Shown here piece after piece: positions 1 to 16,100 of a stretch of 64,000 bases of DNA. A program made the position numbers and the translations under genes. Under the pieces are notes generated by a model. The model was given only the letters and a program-made list of their open reading frames with translations, did not search any database and was not told the DNA's origin. The first letter of the stretch is position 1; the number at the start of each line of letters is the position of its first letter. The stretch is from the human T2T-CHM13v2.0 reference genome, Homo sapiens. The stretch lies in assembly GCF_009914755.1 (NCBI RefSeq), contig NC_060931.1, one strand, 5' to 3'.

Positions 1-224
<224 letters not shown>

Positions 225-1004
225 CTATTATTGGATGTAAACTAGTGATTATAATGATTATGAAATATATAGCAAAATGGATCAGAGTTTTACACATTTA
301 GTTCTGTTTTGATTGTTTTTCATATTTAAAATAATAAAGTGTTGAGAATTCTACTAAAGCTATAAAATAAAAAGCTTTCATCTTAAAACAATCTTATCAT
401 TGTAGATGATCTGATTTTCATACCGATAAACATGCCATGTTACTTCATTGTCAATATATTATACAGGCAAAATAAGACAAAATATACGTCACTTAAAAAT
501 TTAAAAAATGTCTTATAGGCTTCTGAAAATGATTAGGCACATACTATCACTTTTTCCTGTGAAATAAAAAGAGATAGTCTTTAATATTTAGAATGATTGT
601 TCAACTTAATGCCTTCTCTCCCTATTTACAAACACTCTGTGTTTGGAAAACACACACCTTAAGCAAAATGCAGGTATATGTAAAAGAAACAGATCTTGTT
701 TCAAGAGAGAAGATACGAAGAAAGCATTTAAAACAGTGAATGTCTTCACCATTACTCCTCAAATGGAGTAATGGTGAAGCCGGTGTGGAGGGAGTGTATA
801 AAATTTTTGTAACACAGTTGGCAATACCTGAATACTTAAATATGTAAATTGTTAGGATACCTTAGAATTCAGTATAGAAATGTTATATATAATAATCTTA
901 CATAATAAAGTAATGCAATATATAATATGTATGTATAATCTTAACTCTTATGAATGCTTTGTAAATATAACCGATTGACAGCCAAAACAGTCCTTGGAGA
1001 CAGA

Positions 1005-1150
1005 TATCTCTTCTATTATCCCATTTTGCAGTTGAGAAAACTGAGGCACAAAAGGTAGAGTAATACGCCCACTGTCACAGATCCAACATGTCTTAGGGGT
1101 GGGATTTGAGCTCCGGCAACCTGGCTCTAGAGGTGTTGGTCTCGAATGCC
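1005..1150 (-). mobile_element. MIR fragment
   Basis: TATTATCCCATTTTGCAGTTGAGAAAACTGAGGCACA is the reverse complement of the MIR core. Confidence 0.8.
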
Positions 1151-4100
1151 TCAATCTTTTTGTTCTCCATGATAAGATGTGGCATCACAGAACCCTCCTT
1201 ATCCTCTAGGTCAGATAACTTTTACTGTGCTTAGGATTTTAATGTCTTTCTAAGACTTAAATGATAATTTTTCCTTCTCAGCATGCATTTAATTTTGAAT
1301 ACATCATGCTATTGTACTCTAAGTCATGTATATAGATCCACAGCAATAAAAATACTTTAAAAAACTTGTCATAATTACACATTGATAAAGGGATTTCACT
1401 GTCATATCATCATTTTCAGAGGCTATCATATTAGTATAATTTAAAATATAGTAGTAAAAGCTTGAATCTATGTGTCTGGATAAGACTTTCTCAACAAGAG
1501 AGATTTTAGTAGACCGGGGTACAAATTGGACAAACAAATGTTAGAAAATAATGCTGAAGACAAAATATACTCAACTCACTTCTTATAGCAAATGTGTTAA
1601 AAGTGTACAGCTCATAAATTTGAACTCACATTGTTTTGATTTCTTATACTCTTTGAAGCCAGGCTTGACGTATGGATGCATATTTAAGATGTGATCGGCT
1701 TCAAACATGAATTGATTATTCTGTTTGATGTTCATTAACATTAAATAATTTGAGTGGGGCACTGAATCTGATTGTGTTTATTTTAGTGTGTGTTAGTGAA
1801 AACAGATTTCTGTGTAGCTGATCTAATGTAGGTGGACAGCAAGTGTCTGGGCTGTGTCTGCATTCCCATCGTTCGGGCATGGCTGTGTTGTCAGCTGCTG
1901 ACTAATATGTCCCTTGAGTGACACCACAGTTCTGCTACATGAAGGGAGGAAAAGGCGAGTTCATTCTTTTGATTTTACACAGTAAACATGCCAATTTCCT
2001 CTTAATGTATTTCATAGGTAAGCAAAATAATGTAACTGTCGCCCCCCCCACCCCAGTTTTAGTACAAAAATAATTAAAACTCCATTAATGGTTTTATTTG
2101 GAAACAGACATCTGAATTAATATTTTTTCTCCATTACTGCAGCAAAAAAAGACTCTGAGTATAAATTGTTTAAAATGTTGATGAGGATTATATCATTAAA
2201 AAATTGACATCATGTTTTGAAATTGTCATTTTTGTAATAATAAATCATCATATATTTAATTTTGAATTTTTTTCTAGCTATAACCTGAACTTTGCAGATA
2301 TTATACCTCTGTAGTTTGAGGTTTTGTTTCTGTTTTGTGTGGTGTCCTAGAGTGGCTGTTGTAGTTATACTCCAAAAAAGATGTTAATGCAAAAATATAA
2401 TGCTTATAGGATAAGGGGTATAAATAGTTCACTTTCTTTCCCTTCAGGAACAAGTTACGTAAATTCATTATTATACTGAGGCAGAATGTTATACATAAGA
2501 AGAAGAAAATGGCACCAGACTAAATAGTACCTCTTGAAATGTTTCATTTATTTTCATGTTACGGTTACAATGTGAATTGATCTTCCTTCCCTTCTTCCCC
2601 TAGGAATCTGACTCTATGATCAGAACTAATTTTTTTCTTCCCTTTAAGCATACTGAGGGTTTGGAGATAGCTCCTATGGTTTTCAAAGTGGTGGATTGAT
2701 TTAATTGACCAAAACATAGCAGGGAGTAGTCATCTGATTATACAAGTATAAAATAATACAGAAAGGGATTTTTTATTTCCACTGATACAATTCAATCAAG
2801 TTTCTTTGAGTTGCTGAGTTCAAACATTAAAGTTAAAAAAATTCTTGATTTATAAAGAAAATAAAAGTTATTTTCTAAATGGTTTGATTTCCAAGGAACA
2901 GGGAAAAAATGAAATATTGTTAAGATTTTCTGAACAATGAAATAAATATTGAGTATTAAATAAAAGATATAATATCTTTTAAAGAACAGATATCAGTTAA
3001 GGGCTATTAAAATTACTTTTGTTCTAGAGTTCTTATCAGAAGCTCTACCAAGTTTTTCAGTGTTTACAAACAGACTAACAGACCAATTTCATAATAATTT
3101 TCAAAAAAATATTGTAAAGTAAAGTATAAGGTAACATGATGTGATTTTTAAGGTCAATAATATTTTTACCTTAAAGATGATGATGCGCTTATTAGGAAAA
3201 CAGTGGGGTAAAATAGGGTAGCCGAAATGAAACCAAAGATTAAAAAACAAAATAAAACAAACCCCAAGTTATCAAGTACTTAAATGGGGCATTATTTCCT
3301 TTGAGTATTTTTATTGTCATAGAATCAGATATAAATTATGAAAGAATTAAAACGAGAAGTTTTTAAATTTGTTTTACTTTTTAGGGATGGAAAGATTAGT
3401 GCCATTCTATCTGGTTTTCACTTTAAAATCGAGAACATCCCTCTGAGCCTTTGGAGTGGAGAGAACTCACTGTGTGGATCTCAGATCCCTCTTGTTTAAT
3501 TTGCCTGAGTGCTTCACTGAGCTTGCACCTTCCTCCACACTGAGAACAAAAGCAGGCTACTGAATTACCTTTTGAAGCACTACCTCCTAACAGACCCCTT
3601 GGATTGAGAATATGGCAAATAACAGTGGCTGCAGCCGCCTTAAAAACAGAAGAGAATGGAGTGTGGAATGCAGACTTAACCTCAGTGTGATTTTGCTCCA
3701 GAATAAAGCGACATAGCTCTAAGTCAGGACATACCATGGGGCAAGGGAGTGATGGACAAAGCTAGGAAAAGAGATGTTCTACACACACACAAAGAGGTTC
3801 TTCTGAGTGTGGATGCTTAAAATCTCAAGAAGGAAAATGTTTTTCATCTGTGGTCACAAAGGCACAAGTAATCTAGTTTAAAATATCTAGAATGGAAAGC
3901 AGCCTCTGTATGGGATTAGTGGCTCCATTATTTCTTTTTTTCACAGCAATTTTACATGAGATCTGAAATTCTTTCCTTTGTAATCTAAACCTTTTCAGTT
4001 TTTAGATATATCATTTAAATATGAAAAAAAATTCAGGGAAAAGTAATTTTATTGTTTTAGTACAGGTCATGGACCTTGGAGTCTTCATAATGGCCAGGCC

Positions 4101-4675
4101 ACATGGAAATAAATTCATAGGGAAAACCATGCTGTAAGGACAAAGGGATCTGGAGTGGGTTGAGGGGAAGGAAGGTATTAGGTAACCTTCACTTTTTATT
4201 CTGCCTAAGGCCAATACTAGTGGTTTCAATCTAGTGACATGCATGTTAGGGCACATTTTAGAGCATGTCACTGATAGCTGCCTGAAACAGCCAGTATTTG
4301 CACTGTCAGATAAAAGATATTGCCTGCTTCACAGTAAAGAATTCCCCTTTCCAGGTTTTAACAGGACAAGGGACGGCTAACTCAGATGTATGAGCTTTGG
4401 TAGTACCTCAGCTGGTCCATTAAAAATGTGCATGATGTTTAGAGGCATTTTATGATTTTTACAAGCATAATGTTTTCACTGGAAACGTAGCAGTTATCTA
4501 AATGTTCAGGGAAGGTTTTCTTCCAGGTATTGTTGCTTGTATCCTAGAATGATTTCATTCATAGGTGCAGTCTCAGAATGAAACATACAAATTTAAATTT
4601 GGGAAATCTATTGGATCCTCTTTTATTTTTAGGGACTTTTTTTCTCCTGTGAATAAGAGGAGACTGTTGTGTTCA

Positions 4676-4680
<5 letters not shown>

Positions 4681-4708
<28 letters not shown>
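4681..4708. repeat. poly-T run
   Basis: 28 consecutive T. Confidence 0.95.
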
Positions 4709-4712
<4 letters not shown>

Positions 4713-6146
4713 GCTATGACGGTAACTGACACTCAGTAGGTCTTCCCTCAATATTTGTTGAGTGAATAGATGAAAGTACAGTGGGGAAAGGAAGCAGGGC
4801 ATAAACACAAAAACGGATAATAATAGAGGTGGTGTTAATGACATTGAGGCCAAAATAGAAAATTTGATTCTAGTGGATGGTTTATCGCATGATACATATA
4901 ATGGGTTATGAACTGGAAATCAGAGGGTGTGAATTTGCTTTTATTATAGTAGGAGAGAGGAGCTGATGAGCATTAGAAAATAATGAAAATGAGTCATTTT
5001 CTTACAAAATATTATCTTTCAGATAATATAGCATCATCAGAGTCTTTGGATTTAGAGCCAAAAGAGCCTTATATGCCATCTAATTAAATGTCTTATTTCT
5101 AATGTGTATGGGGAGATTTTCTGGAAAATTACCTATATGTGACCTAAAGTTTTTGGAAATGCCGTGTAAGAAGTTTTTCTTTTCATGGGAACTGGAAGGG
5201 ATAAAAATCTGATTGCTTTTCTTCAGCAAAGCATACCAGCGTCCCCATTAGGCAAGTGATTATGCAGTGTTGAAAGGTATTTTCTTGAGAATGTTATTTT
5301 TTTCCTTTTCATTAATTATGCTTTGTCTAAAGGTTCTTTGTCAAAGCTCTGGCTAGTACTTGAAATTGTAATTGATAGGGAATAAAAGAAAGTAAAATCT
5401 TTGATCTCTCTCTCGGTGTTATGCAATATCTTTATTCTTGAGATCAAAAGACTCCGAGTATAATGCTGACCAAACAGAGGCTACAGTACTGATTTTGACA
5501 GAGACCAAGGACAACAGCTATGAAAGTTAACGGCTATATAGGCATGAAATGACAAAATCAAAACAAACAAAACTGTGAGAGTGCCTCTATGCTAAACATC
5601 CTTGCATCCTTACATAACATAAACAGACACATTAAAATAATAAATTCATAAAATAGGTACACAATATTATCCATAATATGGATCTATGATAGGTCCATAA
5701 ATAATATTGTTCAGGAGAAGAGGTATTGCTCTTCTAGGAGAAACTATAGGACAAGCATATTTCCAGGAAGGCATCAAAATAAACATTTATTACAGAAAAT
5801 CCTGAAGGAATAGCTTGTACCTATTCTTACAGTTGAAGGCTTCTAGGGAAAACTGGTATCTAGAACACATAGAGTTCCTTATTTCATAATAAATGCATCA
5901 TTTATTAACATTGCTCCATTCCCTGTATCACTTGACCCTAAGAGCAATTATGAAGTTAATAAAGTTTATCTTTGATGTAATGGACATCCCTTTCTATTCT
6001 CCCCAGATTCTTTTTGTCTCAAGTATTTATTTCTCGTCATATGGCCTAAAGACATTTCTCTTATAAGGACTGTGCATTGGTAAACTAACTCTCAGAAGAC
6101 TTAAAGTGACATCATGCTTTGCCACTCTGGGAATTATTTGAATTTA

Positions 6147-6352
<206 letters not shown>

Positions 6353-6999
6353 AGTAAGGCTTAACCTAAGAGGTCTGAAACCTAAGTAGGGAGAGTTATC
6401 ATGGGGTATTGTAACCAATGGTGCTCTCATTCAGTTAAGACCATGAAGGTACATAAATAGACACATCATCGGTGGTAGTTTTGCTGTGTGATTCCTAGCC
6501 ACTCTCACAAAAGCTTCCCCTGTGTCTCCTGTTTAAATTGAAATTAGCAGTATCTGGTACTTTTCTCTAGACGTAGTAGAAATACTTAGATGGCAGAGGA
6601 TTTCTACTTCCTTTCAGTATTACATTGATTCCTGACATCTTTCAGTCAGGGTTCTTTGATTAAAGTTGAATCATCTATCATTTTATTCTATTTTTAATTG
6701 CTTTGCTTTTTCTAATAAATATATATTCCCCTCTTTTAATGATATCATGAACTTTGAAAATGTTTCTTCCTTTGTCCTTCCAAAAATTAACTTATTTCAG
6801 TAGGGAAGGCTACAAAAATATTGGAAGAGTAATTATATATATATATATGTGCTGATATAAAACTATTTTATCAAAACCAAAACGAAAACGAACTTGAAAA
6901 TCAATTATATAGGAATATGCAATTTTAGTATAAGAAAATAGGAAGTCAAAAATCATGGATCATTACTTAATAAAACAAAATAGTAAAAATGACAATATA

Positions 7000-7264
7000 G
7001 TTTTTTTGGATACAGATTCCCACTCTGTTGCACAGGCTGGATTGCAGTGGCACAGCAATGGCTCACTGCATCCTCTACGTTCTGTAATCAAGCGATCCTC
7101 CCGCCTGAGCCTCCTGAGTAGCTGCAACCACAGGTGCACACTACTACCAATTTTTTGTTTTTTTTCTTTAGAGAGGAAGCCTCACTCTGTTGCCCAGGCT
7201 GGTCTTGAACTCCTAGGCTCAAGAAATCCTCCTGCCTCAACCTCCCAAAGTGCTGGGATTACAG
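7000..7264 (-). mobile_element. AluJ-like, diverged
   Basis: Antisense Alu with AAGCGATCCTCC and CTCAAGAAATCCTCCTGCC, typical of J. Confidence 0.85.
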
Positions 7265-7651
7265 ACAATATACTTCTAATTTATATTTGCAAAACATCAA
7301 ATGTAAGACAATTAGAAAGTAGAAAAATCTTGATGAGTTTTAAAAAATTATAACATAAGTTTCTTAAAATGTACAATATATGTACAATATTAAGAAGTAG
7401 TAAAAAAGTCATATTTCTGACTTTGTGAATCAAAGCCAATGTATTCAACTTGCATTCTTCCCCATTTTGCATATAGGTATTTCTCCGGCCAATGAAAACC
7501 TACAATATTCAGATCTACATGGCTTACTGAATATTGTCTTTCCTTTTGTCCTGTTTTACATATGTTTTTATAGCCCCTTGTATAATTTCTATTTAGAATC
7601 TCAGTTGAAAAACTGAAGGGGAAAAAGACAGACAGATGGACACGCCCCCCT

Positions 7652-7697
7652 ATACACACACACACATGCACACACACACAGGGAGAGAGAGAGAGAT
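7652..7697. repeat. (CA)n-(GA)n compound microsatellite
   Basis: Seen directly. Confidence 0.85.
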
Positions 7698-10065
7698 TAA
7701 ATATGAATATGGAGGTGAACATAGGCAGGACTGGCACATGACAGGTATTTAATGCATCATTTCCTTACTTCCATATTTCTTTCCATCTTCCTTCATTCCT
7801 ACTTTCCCTGCTTAAGACATTTTCAATAAAAAAAAACTTTAACATTTAAATTGGGTCAACAAGACACATCATGTGCACATAGTTTGGGTAATAATAATTA
7901 ACTTCACGGTTAAATATGACATGATATGATGACATCAGACATGTTTATTAAGATGTTGTCTAGCTATCCATCTGGCCACAAACTGAGCTTACTTTACCAG
8001 TCTTCAAAAGAATTGCTCAGGCTAGAAAAATGTTAATTTCCCTGTTTATGTTGCTTAAACCCTGAAAAGTTATATTCTAACTAACAGTATTAAGATCTAA
8101 GTTAATGATTCTATCTACAATTATAGGTAATTATTAAGTGCTTAATGCAATGCTCAGACATGGTAGATCTAACAAATATTCTCACTGTTCAATTTCTCAA
8201 AATCCTATTTTACTAAAGATCACACACACGCATACACATACACATGCACTCTCACACACACATGCCTGATAATGCAGAGGAAAAAACATATTTGTAGTGA
8301 TGCCAGTGGAAGGACTGTTGCATTAATTTTTCACTCATTTATATACACATGATTCAGAAAATCAATAAACTATTCTTGTTTGTTTTCTCAAAGTCTTCAA
8401 AACGAATTAATGCATTTCAAAGTTTTGGAGCTAGCCTTGCATATCTCTTTTCCTGAATGCTCCTGAATCTTTATTCCATGTCAGAGCTTTGATGAATCAG
8501 TTACATGACAGTGAATGCCATTTGCTGATAGCAAATGAATTCAAATAGCCCTCAATCCATGTAGGACAAGACTGTCGTATACTTCTTGGTACTATTCCTT
8601 GTGTTATAAAATTGAGGTAATTGAGCATTTAATATCCCATTTACAATTTTGTGTATGTTGATGACACACCACAGCCGCAGGAAGCTATTAAAGTGCATAG
8701 ACAGGTACATACACCAATCAAACTTTTGCCACAGAAAAGCATCTCCGTGGATGAAAAGAGTGGCGACTTTTTATTTTAAATTATGACAGCTCTGGGCAGC
8801 ACTACTGGCAGCCAACTCACAGAACTAATTTACTATCACCTTTGTGATAGAAACAGCTTGATCTAAAATTTGTTAACTATGTAACCAGTTGGTTAACATG
8901 CTGTAAATTGGATGTTCAGTTCTTATGGAAGGAAATTCACATTTCATTTATTATATTTTTATGTCAATTATGTCGAAGAAAATATTTCTCTTCCTATGCA
9001 AATAAGTAATCTGATATATTTTTATTCCCCCAGAGAAAAGTATAAAAATGGAACTATTGCCCTGTAGAATATTCAAGACCATGGTGCCACTTATTTTATA
9101 CTGCAAGTAGTAAAATCTGACATGGTAATAATATAGATAGTAAAATCTCACTGGGATGGAGGGATCAAGGGAGAAATTTCACTAATTCCCTAAACTTAAT
9201 TATTCAAGGGTATTTGAAGAAAAAAAAGAAGATATTTAATATTTATAGGACTCCATGGTTCCATTTCATTCAGTGGAGCTTACACAAAATTTTGATTTAA
9301 GAGCAATCTGAACTAGTCAAATAGTAGACTGTACTGTAAACAATATGCTATATAACTGTTTGTATACAATGAAGTGGTAATATTGGTTAAACATTAAATT
9401 TACAAGAAAATTAGCATCAGGCAGATGGCAGAAGGCAACTCTTAAGTAATAAACACAATTGTATATCTGGTTGCACAGAAAGAATGAAACTTTGATAAAC
9501 ACAAATTCTCTTCTGTTCATTCTGCAAAATTTCACAACTGTAATAGAATGTAACTCCTGAAATACTACAAATGAAATTAAAATTTGAAAAGCCACATCCA
9601 TGACTTACAGTTCATCTAGCAAGCAGTCCATACATTGTTTCATTGCTTATCAACAAATGAGAAAGCTATAAATGCCCAATGCATTTTGAAGGTCAATTTT
9701 TATGGTGGCATAATTTTAAACTAGCTCATCCTCAGTGGCTTTTGTAATAAAAAGGGATAAATTAATGGCCCCTTAACTAAAGTGAACTTTTGATACGGAA
9801 ACAAAAAGAATATTAAGCATGTCCTATTTTAAGTAGAAGGATTAAGAGCTTTATTCCATGAAATAAATTGGGCAGGACCTAAGATTCAAGACTTTGAATT
9901 GGTTTCTAGGACATTAACATAAGGAGAACAAGAGAATTTGACATTGCTAGAAAGAGGCACAAAAGGATGTAGTATCTGTTAGAGGAAAGATTTTCACACT
10001 AGCTGACAGTAACTACAGGACGTATGGTGGACTGAAGTGTTTTTCTCAGTTTAATCTGTGTCTTC

Positions 10066-10408
10066 AAAAGGCGGCCTCAACCCTTGGGCCACAGACCGGT
10101 ACTGGTCCATGGCCTGTTAGGGACGTGGCTGCTCAGCCGGAGGTGAGCAGCAGGCAAGTGAGCACTGCTGCCTGAGCTCAGCCTCTTGTCAGATCAACGA
10201 TGGCATTTAGATTCTCATAGGAGCACGAACCCTATGGTGAACTGCACCTGCGAGGGATCTAGGTTGCGCACTCCTTATGAGAATCTAACTAATTAATGCC
10301 TGATGATCTGAGGTGAAACAGTTTCATCCTAAAACATCCCCTCCTGTCCATGGAAAAATTGTCTTCTATGAAACTGGTCCCCGGTGCCAAAAAGTTTGGG
10401 GACCACTG
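10066..10408 (+). mobile_element. MER1B-like hAT-Charlie MITE
   Basis: GGTACTGGTCCATGGCCTGTTAGG...GAGAATCTAACTAA...GGGGACCACTG terminus; homologous to the copy at 28203-28918. Confidence 0.85.
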
Positions 10409-10431
10409 TTCTATCAAAATATCTTCTCCTT

Positions 10432-10570
10432 TGTTTTTCCAGCTTTATTGAGGTATGATCAATAAAGAAACAACGTATATATTTAAGGTATAAAAGTGAT
10501 ATATTGATAAATTTGTACATTGTGAAAAGACTACGACAAGTTAATTAACACATCCATAATTCACTTAGCG

Positions 10571-10607
<37 letters not shown>

Positions 10608-11302
10608 GTGAGAACACTTGGAATGCATTCTCACAGCAAATTTGAAGTATACAATATATCATTAACTAGTCACTACATTGTATATAGGTCCTCAGAACTT
10701 GTTCATCTTATAAATGAAAGTTTGTACTCTTTGACCAGTATCTCCTCTTCTCTCCAGCCCCCAGCTCCTCCTAATCACCATTCTCCTCTCTGTTACCAAG
10801 AATTTAACTTTTGCTTTAGACTCCACATCTACGTGAGATCACGCAATATTTGTCTTTCTGTGCCTGGCTTATTTCACTCAGCACAATGTTTGTCAGATTG
10901 ATCCATGTTGTCACAAGTGGTATGATTTCCTTTTTTACTACCGAATAATATTCTAAAGTTTCTATACCACATTTTCTTTACCAATTTATCTGCTGAAGGA
11001 CACGTAGGTTGTTTATGTATTTGGCTATCATGAATAAATGTTACAGTGAACATGAGAGTGCAAATAGCTCTTCAAGACACTGATTTTATTTCTTTTGACC
11101 ATATACCCAGAAGTAGGATTGCTAGACCATATGGGAGTTTTATTTTTCATTTTTAAGAAACTTCCATAATGACTTTACTAATTTCCATTCCCACCAGCAG
11201 GACACCAGGGTTCCCTTTTCTCTACATCGTGGTCAACAGCCATCCTAACAGGTGTGAGGTTCTATCACATTGTCATTTGGATTTGCGTTTCCCTGATGAT
11301 TA
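10432..11302 (-). mobile_element. Old L1 (L1MA/MB-like) 3' end containing a (TG)n tract
   Basis: CAGCTTTATTGAGGTATGAT..., TGTCTTTCTGTGCCTGGCTTATTTCACT, ATATACCCAGAAGTAGGATTGCT: antisense L1 3' UTR/ORF2 end. Confidence 0.85.
10574..10604. repeat. (TG)n microsatellite
   Basis: About 15 perfect TG units. Confidence 0.95.
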
Positions 11303-12040
11303 ATAACAAGACATATTCTCCTTGCCAAAATTACAACCAGACCATTTTTAAAATAACTTTAACCTATCATGTTCCAAACAAAAAATACCATCCTCTCCAT
11401 AAGTGGCTATGGAAATTATTTCTTCTTTTCTGTTCTTTCCCTTTTTATTTGTGCTCACATCTGACATATATGGAGGCTAGCTGCCCATTTGTATCTTTGC
11501 CCAGTATTACTTCAAGCGTGAGTGTTCATCTTACTCATTTTTTAAAAATATATTTTGGGAGTCCAGCAGAAGTCTTGCATATAGCATGTATTAAATAAAT
11601 ACTTGCTGGCTTTAATTTGGTTTAATGTTGCCAAGTGTCTTTGCCAATATATTGCCAGTCACTTTCACTTGAAAACCTCAGCTTCGATTTTTATTATGTC
11701 AGTTTCTCTACTCTCTTGTTATGTACCAAATTCTAATGATATTTTAAGTCAGTTCTATTCTCACCAACCAGCCTTTTCTTTTAACACATCGGTATTACTG
11801 CAACACTTTCTAGCTGACCTCCTTGCCCAACCTAAGGTTCTTCTAACTTGAAGGCATTCTATGTACAACTGTGGTACTGAATAGCCACATTACTTCCCTG
11901 CTCAAGCATTATATAACGAGTCTTCACTACCTACTGCATCAAAGTGTAAAATTATTTCCCAAATTTTATACCCCCATAATTTAGTTTTTTATTTTTCTCC
12001 AACTTTATTTTTCATTATGCTGAAATATTTTCTTCGTTAA

Positions 12041-12800
<760 letters not shown>

Positions 12801-13082
12801 GGCTTGGATTAGGATAGTAGCGACAAAAATGGGGGGAAATGTTAAAGGCAGCTACAATTTTTAAATTTGCCTATTGGCAGTATGTGCTAGTAATATATTA
12901 CATGTCCGGGCCAGTACAGGGACCTCATCCTTTCTTTTCAATTAGCCCAATTATAATTGTGATGAGGATTTCTGGAGAAAAGTAATACTATGCTTTAATG
13001 ATTCTAAGGTCTAAAATATAACCAAATTGCCTGTAAGATATAAGCAATGATCAGAAGGTGTTGTTCAATAACCAACTATCAT

Positions 13083-13465
<383 letters not shown>

Positions 13466-13519
13466 TTATTCAGTATATAGGCTCAGATCAGAGTAAGCAG
13501 AAGAGGACTTTGAACATCA

Positions 13520-13860
13520 GAGAGCAGTCAGAACTGGAGAATCTACTTGCAGATGAGGGATTTATTACAGGTCTAGTGACTCATTGCTGTTTGGTATCTC
13601 ATCCTCCAGGGGTCCTCCAGGTGGTCTGGGTTTGTTGTGGGATGGTGGGTTCTGGGCATCATACTTTCTCCATGGCTGCTGATTGGCCTCAGAGCCAGTG
13701 TTCCAAGGAAACTCAAAAAAAAACTGCAGGGTCTCTGCCGACCTCACCTCTGACATTCCACATCACTCCTGCTGCATTCTGTTGGGGAAGCATGTTTCAT
13801 AAATAGAAATTGGACTCTACTTGTCAATGGAAGGAGTAACAAAGAATGTGCAGTCATCTC
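13520..13860 (-). mobile_element. MLT1-like (MaLR) LTR fragment
   Basis: TCTCATCCTCCAG...TCTCCATGGCTGC...CATCACTCCTGCTGCATTCTGTTGG resembles old MLT1. Confidence 0.5.
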
Positions 13861-15000
13861 TAACTGGTCACACAGATAATGCAGAATTTAATGTTAATGC
13901 AGTAGAATATAATTATTACATACGTGAAGGTGCTTTTAATGTTTCTGAGAACAAGTTAAAGCATGTTCAAAGAACTGTTTCACTAAAGGAAGCAGGCTAT
14001 CACATATTTTTAAAAGATTTTCATTGAAAAATTTAAAAGTAATCTTTAAATTCTCAGTTATTTATTACCACGTACATATATATGTATGTGTATTTATGTA
14101 AAAATATATATACATATGTGTGCATGTCTATGTAGATACACACACAAATATATATGGTATATTTATGCAAAGATCCCACTGATAAATACATGTATCTATT
14201 TTATTTATTAAATTTATTATATAACTAAATTTAAATTTCTAAAAATGTAGTAAAATTTTTATTATTGAAGGCCCAAAGTAACTCAAACTGTTAACTTTTA
14301 TAATCGAATGCATATTTTTATCTTGGGATTGTTTAATTTTAAAACTATTTATTCAAAAATAAACATATAAAAATAATAGTAAAACTCACACATTCATACT
14401 GTTTGTTTCTGCTGTAAAACAAAATTGGAAACAACAGGAAATTGATTGCCTAAAGGAAAACTTAAATTAAATATAATAGCTTAACTATTATGTGAGCAGT
14501 AATAAAGTTGAAAATGCATGCCCTTTGTTGTAGGACTTTGAGCCAACTGTTATTTTCATTGAATAATTTCTGATTTATTTATCTAGTCAATCCGAAATCA
14601 GCAGTTATCCTTAGAAATATGTCACATATTCTATTATCTCCAAGCATGAATTATCAGATCTTAGAGAAATTTCCAAATAGAAAGCTATATCTATGAAAGT
14701 CAAAGTGAATCGTTAATACAGGCTTCCATTGTCTATAAACAATGATCACTTGAGAATTAACTGTTCATTAACATGCTTCATTTTTGAAGCCAACAGTAAA
14801 TATTATTTAACATGAAAATAATTTTTCAGTTTTACTTTTTTGGATCCTAGATTCTTGTCTGATTTTTACTTGTGAAACATATCCCTAACCCAGAAAGTAT
14901 CATTCTATGCATGTCCAAATTTACTATGAGGGGTAAATGAATTAAAGTGCTCCCAGAGGGATTAGAACCTGAGGGCAATTTCTTCTTCTTTTTCTTCTTC

Positions 15001-15328
<328 letters not shown>

Positions 15329-15689
15329 TAGATTACATCAACCTGAAACTGCTTTAAGAGTCAAAATGATGCAGCTATTCTTGCAATGTTGGGTGATCAG
15401 GGTGATGATTGTAATTTACTTTTGAATTTTCAAATGTTTTGTTGACCTAAACTATAAGTAAAGATGCACTGCTCAGAGAAGCCAGTGAATATCAGAGTAG
15501 AAACACAAGCCTGTTATCTCATGCCCGGAAAAAAAGTAAGAATTAAGTATGTTAACTTCTTAGACTATAACACACATTTAATTTCTCACTGAGTATTAGT
15601 TTTCCATGGTGCATGTTTTTATGTAAGGAGAGGAAAAATCCATTTTCAAATCCAAGTCACATTTCTCTCTTAGTAATCATATTATTAAT

Positions 15690-16100
15690 ATCAGTTAAGG
15701 AGTATTTTATTTAAGGCAACAAGTGTTAAAAAATAAATTCCTAAAGGTGTCATGGCTCAAACATGATAGAAAATTATTTCTTGCTCATTTACAAAACTGG
15801 TACTTTCGGTTGGTAACTCTTTTCAAAGCAATAATTCAAAGACTCTAGCTCATTTCCCCAATGTCTATGGAATCCTCATCATTGGCTTCTAGGATCACCA
15901 TGCTTATCTGTACTAGACTGAAGAAATATGGAGAATTGTGCCTGGAAAGTTTTCAAGGGTCAGTCCTGGAATAAATGCATTTATTTAAAACTCAGTCACA
16001 TGACCATACCTATCTGCCAAGGTTCCAGAAAATATAATCCTGATCCATGACTAGGAAGAAGATAAAATAAGTTTGATGAATAGTTACCCAGTCTCCACCA
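15690..16100 (-). mobile_element. MLT1-like LTR fragment
   Basis: CATGGCTCAAACATGATAGAAAATTATTTCTTGCTCA...CTCAGTCACATGACCATACCTATCTGC...AGTCTCCACCA. Confidence 0.55.

Noticed and set aside
3423-3737. 104-aa ORF in a GC-elevated unique block
   Set aside because: No recognisable domain or convincing splice sites; could be regulatory but this cannot be supported from sequence alone
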